Source of the DNA: Rhizodiscina lignyota
Lineage: Eukaryota
Reading direction: 5' to 3'
NCBI GenBank assembly: GCA_010015805.1
Contig: ML978129.1
Coordinates: 372,001 to 436,000, forward strand
DNA length: 64,000 bases
Every line of letters begins with the position of its first letter. Within the stretch, counting starts at the first letter, position 1. Of this stretch, positions 58,801-64,000 are shown piece after piece. A program made the translations under genes and the position numbers. The notes beneath the pieces were generated by a model. It saw only the letters and a list, made by a program, of their open reading frames with translations. It made no database searches and was not told the origin of the DNA.

Positions 58801-59443
58801 TGTTGTCGATTGTACGCTTTTGCGGGTTGTAGCCGAACTCTGCAATCGCCAGCTTATTCTTGAAGCTAGACATGTCATCATCGCCACCCTTCTGTGCCGC
58901 CGAGGACCACTTAGTGGGCTTGATATCCGAGTTGCGCGGCGCCAACTCGTCTTCGTCAGAGTCTCGATCTACGGGTGGATCATTGGTAAGGTCGATTTGA
59001 GAAGCCGAAGGCAGTTTTGGAGGTGGTCGAAATTTTGTGCCAGGCGGAGCCATCAGGTTACCGAAGTTGACAGGTCTCTGACGGGCTGGAAACATTAGCG
59101 GTGGTGATGTTCGTTGTGTGTACCCCTGTGTCCGCTGTGTGTTCTTCGCCGCAGGTGAAGTCTCGGGTACTCGTGTGATATCTCTCTTTCTCGCCTCTGG
59201 AGTCAGAACTTGTGTCGGCTGTGTGATGTGGTGCGGAGGAGAGGAGGGCACGGCGGTGAGGAGTTCCGAAATCAGCTGCGACTTTGTCACAGGAACCGTT
59301 GCGATAGTCTCGTGCCCGTCAAAGTCGTCGAACAAGATCTCGCCATCGTCGTTTTGCGAATCGTAGACAAAAGTGGAATCGTCTACATTGCCCTTTATAG
59401 GTGAGGAGCTCACGATGGGATCTGGATCTCGTCCGCGAGCCAT
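55877..59443 (-). CDS. FUN30: SNF2-family chromatin remodeller, Fun30/SMARCAD1/Fft-like
   Basis: KDYQIVGLNWL, ILADEMGTGKT, DEGQALKN, LLTGTPVQNNLQEL, FKHKAKT...LLSARRIERARAMMVPFILRR, GINLQSANKVII...SFNPQDDVQASNRAHRIGQ, and a CUE-like segment. Likely ATG at 59443. Confidence 0.88.
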   Translation of the reverse strand: MARGRDPDPIVSSSPIKGNVDDSTFVYDSQNDDGEILFDDFDGHETIATVPVTKSQLISELLTAVPSSPPHHITQPTQVLTPEARKRDITRVPETSPAAKNTQRTQGYTQRTSPPLMFPARQRPVNFGNLMAPPGTKFRPPPKLPSASQIDLTNDPPVDRDSDEDELAPRNSDIKPTKWSSAAQKGGDDDMSSFKNKLAIAEFGYNPQKRTIDNTSSSFNNSTRPPKQLKQTGPSRARPVDVPDLTIAEIKDYNIRTKVESMRKVLPSATVHMCQDALIKAKGKYEESMKILTDMVEEEENEARLYKSNSQKSRSQTIDLTQDQDDDRRPVARKGVAQPIKHNMKQTVMKQTVKKHEHTNLHDKYRKISRPEISQNQSYRTLLSQVEKEREEEAKQEAPVQRRRRLIQGRKHASSPPPQETIEIASEADDSGFQQESEDDAFGGDLLEFFNTQDAANIIDVSEQPEDVVEAIIKARPFKRMKDVQAVKLERTTKAGKKMTKEIGQTNIVQKCEDMFAAFKAIDELSAECKALGQAVTGVMKTWGVDVYGASQGEAKLDLTTFDGSTSDSNSTRDSGIGTPIGTPIGTPPRSQARKKTNFIPQPSIMSKDFPMKDYQIVGLNWLSLMFSKRLSCILADEMGTGKTCQIIGFLTHLRETGVKGPHLVIVPASTIANWIKEFEKFSPELDVVAYHGTQSERPEQRYEILASIKEDSVDVVVTTYDMTKQRDDQKFLHKIKPVAIIYDEGQALKNRNTKRYNDLMAIESRCRILLTGTPVQNNLQELTSLLAFIMPDLFEEHRDDLQAIFKHKAKTTDSDHAALLSARRIERARAMMVPFILRRMKHQVKKDLPAKTSKIEYCDMTKLQKEVYNEILQEEARYLQEAIDSGTPKIGNRMMALRLAAIHRLCLKRLYQESDIVNMAKTASSSDDPKLSRQKWERNHDRWMDFSDGSLNKLCNDHDVLAEWACSYEDCMDSGKVKKLVELLKQHIANGDRTLIFSMFNSTLDILEVVFQAEQIKFARIDGSTPVVDRQDLIEDFNESDEIPVFLLTTKAGGTGINLQSANKVIILDQSFNPQDDVQASNRAHRIGQTRPVEVITLITRDTIEEQIHKMCTTKLALDQRVVGEEGSNEEGGNAEQAVMDMVEEALKDQMKHDTPVKEEKRKTGKGDIKDAFMAGLKNAGLDMSAA

Positions 59444-59811
59444 GCTTGCTCGCTTGACGAAAGGCGTTTGGAGAGGTTGGTGTTCAGTTGCGATTTCCAA
59501 ATGAAAGACGCTCAAAGAAATCGCCGCAACCGAAGGAAAGGATTGCTCCTGCGCAAACGGAGAGAGCAACAGGACAATGAAGTGAGTTCAAGTGCATGGC
59601 ACCAAAAGAGGATTGAGAGCAAGGGTGCTGCGCAGCGGCGGTGTTGAAAGTAGAGAAATGGAGGAGGTTGTGGAGCCCGTGCTAGCGTAAAAGTGCGGGA
59701 GGCGACGCGCTCGAGGCGCGACAGAGCGTGATCACCACTCAACCCCTGCTCTCTATATCTCTGCGTGCCTTTCTTTGCATTAGCTTCAATTCACCGGAAG
59801 TTCGTGAAACA

Positions 59812-60245
59812 ATGACTTCGAGATTTAATCCCAGAGATCCAGCGTCGCCTGAAAAGGACGAGACAGTCGATGCTGCGGGCAATTCTGTCATCGCTCCGGC
59901 GGTGCCCACGTACGATTCATTCATTGCCACACCCTCTTAATTTGGAAAAGGGATACTGAGAGACCGCAGACCAGTGATAGTCAAGCTGCTTGGATTCACT
60001 CTAGCCATGATTACATTGCCTATCGGCACATATTTTGCTACAGTCCATTCTATATTCAAAGGTGATATCCAGTCCGTGTTGCGATATAACGATATGCTGA
60101 AGACCTTTCAGGAAACCATACATTTGCAGGCGCCACAGCAGCTGTCGTGGCAAACATAGTCTTAATAGGCTACATAATCGTTGCTTTCCGGGACGATCAA
60201 TCAGAGCAGCAAGCTGCGGCAGGCAAGGAGAAGAAAACTGAATAG
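59812..60245 (+). CDS. VMA21: V-ATPase assembly factor Vma21; 2 introns
   Basis: APAVPT|PVIVKLLGFTLAMITLPIGTYF...K|GNHTFAGATAAVVANIVLIGYIIVAFRDD...KKTE* (KKxx ER-retrieval signal). Confidence 0.93.
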
Positions 60246-60971
60246 TACATGGGCGTGGGAGAGGACTGGTGTAACACTGAAGAGCTTCCCGCACTATTTG
60301 CTCTCTAACAGATGGATGATATACATGACAAGCACATGTCATGTCTGCATGGCACTGGTGGACCTCAAGAAGCGTTTCAAATTCTCATTTCAAATTCTCA
60401 GGCTTAAGTTGGAAGGCAAGAGATACCACTGCAAGGCTACTTTTCATGAATGTGGAAAATTGATTCTTGCCACGTCGCATATCTATGCAGAACGCGATTG
60501 TTCACATTCAACAACCTTTCCTGAAGTACTAGCTAGCTCAAGACGTCACAGCCGCTCTGTACTACAACCACCATCGTCGAAAGTAAGAAACTACAGGCGC
60601 CCTAGTACGAGTAGCCCCAATGGGGACCGATTCAATAGGGTCAGGAATGCAGAATCCACCCCGGCGATGTGTCCATACAAGTGAAGCTTCGAGGCCGTAA
60701 CTCGTGTCAATCCATGTCGGCCCAAAACCATGCACATCCTAGTCCTCAGTGATCAACCTCAGATGCAAAATGAAAGTCGTGTCCATCCCATTCTGTATGC
60801 CACAAACAAAGCCAGAAAAAAACTCCAGACTCCTGGTGACGGGCCCCAGCGTTGGTCGAGAGGTACAGTTCCAATGCAGGTAACATCACCATTACGCAAT
60901 TATGTACCCAAACCGTCGATGCTGAAGTGGAGCTCGTTCATTCTAGCCCTGCATATCGAAACAGGAGACTT

Positions 60972-62587
60972 TTAGTTCTTGCTGAAGCGCCTCTTCAGCC
61001 AGCTCTTCTTCTTCTGGCTCGGCGTGCTCTGCAGCGCCGGTCTTGCCGTAACCTGCACACCGTCCTTGCCAGGGACATCCGGAGCTCCACCGTTCTCGCC
61101 GTTGAGAGAGATCAGCTTGTTGGCCGGCTTCTGTTGATTGCCAGTGTAGCTATGCGGAGGCGGCTGCAGAACCTGAGCACCTTGAGGTGGGTGGTTGAAG
61201 TATCCACCGTTTGGACCATTTCCAGGACCATTCTCGTACGATGCCATCTCTTCCTGAATCGGCCTCTTGAACGGAGCGCCACCAAATCCGGTGAAACCGT
61301 ATTGTTCGCCGGGATCCTGCTTCGGGGCAGCGTTGATGCGGTCGATCGAGCTGTTCTCGCTGCTTGGGTCGGTGTTGTTGGTCCACGGCTCGCTCTGACT
61401 GCCATTCGAGACGCCAGTGTTCACGGTATCCCTCGATCGCTGATAGCCTGGACTGGGATACAACGCTTCTCCATTGTTGTTGTACCGAGTTACGACAGGC
61501 TCCGAGTTCTGGCGCCTATTAGGCTTCATCTGACCGGGCGGTGCCATGGGAGGTCCATAGCCATAGTTGCCATTCTCGGCGTAGCTGTCGCGATTCTGAC
61601 CGTAGTATCCACCATACTGTCCGGCATATTGCGAGCCGGCACGTGAATATCGAGGTTGCTGTTGCAAGTTGTCGGCTGGATGAAAGAGCCAATTAGCGGA
61701 CTGGTCCAAAACACCCATGTTGCGCGCCAAGAAATGATAAACGGAGCTAGCTCCGCAGAGACGCGCGGCCAGTTAAGACAGCATCATCGTGTGAAATATT
61801 CATGTGAATAGTTTTTGAGAGGTGCTTTCTCGATCAATTGCAGCTTTGCGTGGTGAGAGCATATGAGACAGAAGTGGAATGTGTGGGGTTAAGCTCTTAC
61901 CTCCGAAGTAACTGTTGCGCCTGCTCGGATATCCAACACCACTATCAGAGAACATGCCAGTGTCTGTACACGCCATTAGCCCTTGAAACATTGTATAGGA
62001 TATATTGCAGTGGCATACTTGGCCGAGCAGTAGCCGAATTTCGCCGCTTGTATTCGCCATCGATAGCTGCCTCGAACGAACGAATTGTGTCCAGCGGTCG
62101 CTCCCATCGCGGCCGCGTAGGGTTGGAGAGGTCAGGTTCGGCTACTTAATGTTAACTGAAACAAGTCTTGTTGTTATGGAAGAGGAAGTGTCTCATACCG
62201 ATAGGATTTCCGAACGTGTCTACATGCTGAACGGAGCGAAGGGAGCCAATTGTCGAAGCCTGAAGGGCGGCAGCGACTGTCTCATCGTCAGTGAAATGCC
62301 AAAAATGTACGACTTGACGCAAGGCGGTGTGGCTGGAGCTGTGTGCATGTGGAGGTAGATTACGCACTTGGTTGCTCTTCGTTCATGGCAGCATTTGGAT
62401 TTGCTTTGCCAGAGATTGAAAGATGGAGGCGTTGCTTCTCCTCGTGAGTCTCTTTGCCGTGCTTGATCTTGGTGGGCGAGCCTGCTGAAGAAACACTCTT
62501 GTCGCTCCTCAAAGAGAACGCGCCTGACTTTGAGCGCGGACGCTGGGCCGGCCTCTCAGGCGTCTCGTCTGCGGCGGTGGCGGACAT
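60972..62587 (-). CDS. DUF2406-like conserved fungal protein; multi-exon
   Basis: KANPNAAMNEEQP, LRSVQHVDTFGNPI|AEPDLSNPTRPRWERPLDTIRSFEAAIDG, and C-terminal KKKSWLKRRFSKN. Confidence 0.85.
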
Positions 62588-64000
62588 GATTCAGCGATGA
62601 AATCACACGTTCCGGGTGTGCACGATGCAGGGTCTGCAAACGCTCGCCTGTGTTGCAGCTGGGAAATTGTGGGAAGTGCGCTGGGAATGCAGCCGGTTTG
62701 TCGATAGCACGGGCAGCGTGCTGGAACGAGCGTCGGTGGCTGGCTTCCCGAGTGACAGGTGCGGAGCCGTGAGGTGAAGCGATTGAAATGATGGCGGAGG
62801 CTGGGGAATGCAAGTAAAGCTCTCCGCGGGGAACGAGAGAGGTGGTGTTTTTGATAAGTTTGCGACTTAAGCAGGCGGCCGGCGCGGAAGAGAATAACGA
62901 GCGATTACGCGTGAAACTGCGGCCCGGACAGTGGTCGAGGCTCACAACAGGATCTGCGTGAGGTGTGGTGGAGGGTGGGGTGAGGGAGCTATGAAGTTTG
63001 GTGGAAGAACTGGAGCTGGTGCAGCGCGGCAGCCATTGATCGCTGCAGGCGCCAAACACGATCTCACTAATGCAGAACGTGCCAAGCCGCTTGTGCGATT
63101 CGGGCGCCTTCCCTCGCTAGCGCTGCCTGCTACAGAGCACGCAGATTCCATATTTCGCCAGCCAGAACGTCGCAAATTCGCCGGCGCGCTCAGAGTGTTA
63201 AGTCCACGCATTCCTCACCTTCGCAGCGTCTCGCACAGCTTGACAGCTCCATCCACGGCGCTGCAGCTCATAGCATCATCCCGCAGGCCAGGACTTGATT
63301 CCCGTGCGCATCATCCAGGAAGAGGCCTGCAGCTCACGCACATGCTCGCTATCCGCCCTCCAGCCGGCCTCTTCTGGCACCGACGAGCTGCCTCAACCTG
63401 CCACGTCCTTCACCTGTTGCAGGGTCCATTGCTTGCTCTACAGCATTCGAAAGTGCTTCATTCGCCTCTGCCGCCTCCAATTCTTCATTCTCTGTCCTGC
63501 TGCAAATTTTCTCCCGCGTCTTTCCGCCGTTGAGCGACATTTTCACAGTATCAGCGGTGACAACGCTTGCGTAGGCTGCCCCAACATTCAATAGGGACTG
63601 GGCCAGGGTGCCTTTCTAGCGTGGCCTTTTGCCTCTTTGCTAGGAGAGAGCCTATCAGGGCTGCGGGAGCATGTCAGCGAGAACCAACTTTTTCACCACT
63701 GTGCAACTTCATCTTGAAGAGAGTCGGATGTCGCAGCCAAAAAGAATAGGCTGATCCTTCCACTCCCCGCAGTGTCTTGTTTCAAAAAGTGGGACGGTTA
63801 TTGATACACCACCCGAACCGACGCTTTTCTGCACGTCAATTGCATGCTAACCTGTTCGCGCATCTCAAACCAGTCGACGCACCGCTGGACGTCGGCTTTA
63901 AGCTGTTTATGACAGGGTTCCGGAAGCGCCGGAACATATCAATGCTGCAGCTGAAGGGCGCCTTAAAAGCCATTCCCTCTTTCTGGCGCAAATCAGACCC

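Noticed and set aside
62931..64000. ORFs at the right end of the window
   Set aside because: No protein motifs. More likely promoter or UTR sequence; a plus-strand branch/acceptor near 63846-63873 hints at a gene beyond the window.

Overview
Eukaryotic DNA from a filamentous ascomycete (Pezizomycotina), inferred from short GT-AG introns with CTRAY branch sites and the fungal gene content; the finer taxon cannot be fixed from sequence alone. About 22 protein-coding genes are supported. Housekeeping genes: SLY1, a PNUTS/Ppn1-like PP1 regulator, GLY1, IPA1/UBE3D-like, RRP4, a calponin-homology protein, FUN30-like, VMA21 and a DUF2406-like protein. An accessory-looking middle block (about 18-37.6 kb) holds an MDR oxidoreductase, a class II aldolase, a Zn-cluster/homeodomain/C2H2 transcription factor, an NCS1 permease, a NACHT NLR-like gene head-to-head with a T5orf172/Mug113-like gene, and an NmrA-like gene. 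A divergent PhyH dioxygenase/amino-acid permease pair lies at 50-55 kb. The most striking element missing from the ORF track is a box H/ACA guide RNA inside the long IPA1 intron. Its 5' pocket is complementary to U2 snRNA around the yeast pseudouridine-42 site (snR81-like). Two further structured-RNA candidates are flagged: the long intron of the PNUTS-like gene and a Pol III-like element at about 49.4 kb. No transposon, tRNA, rRNA or CRISPR array was recognised. Family calls come from motif recognition by eye, not database searches.
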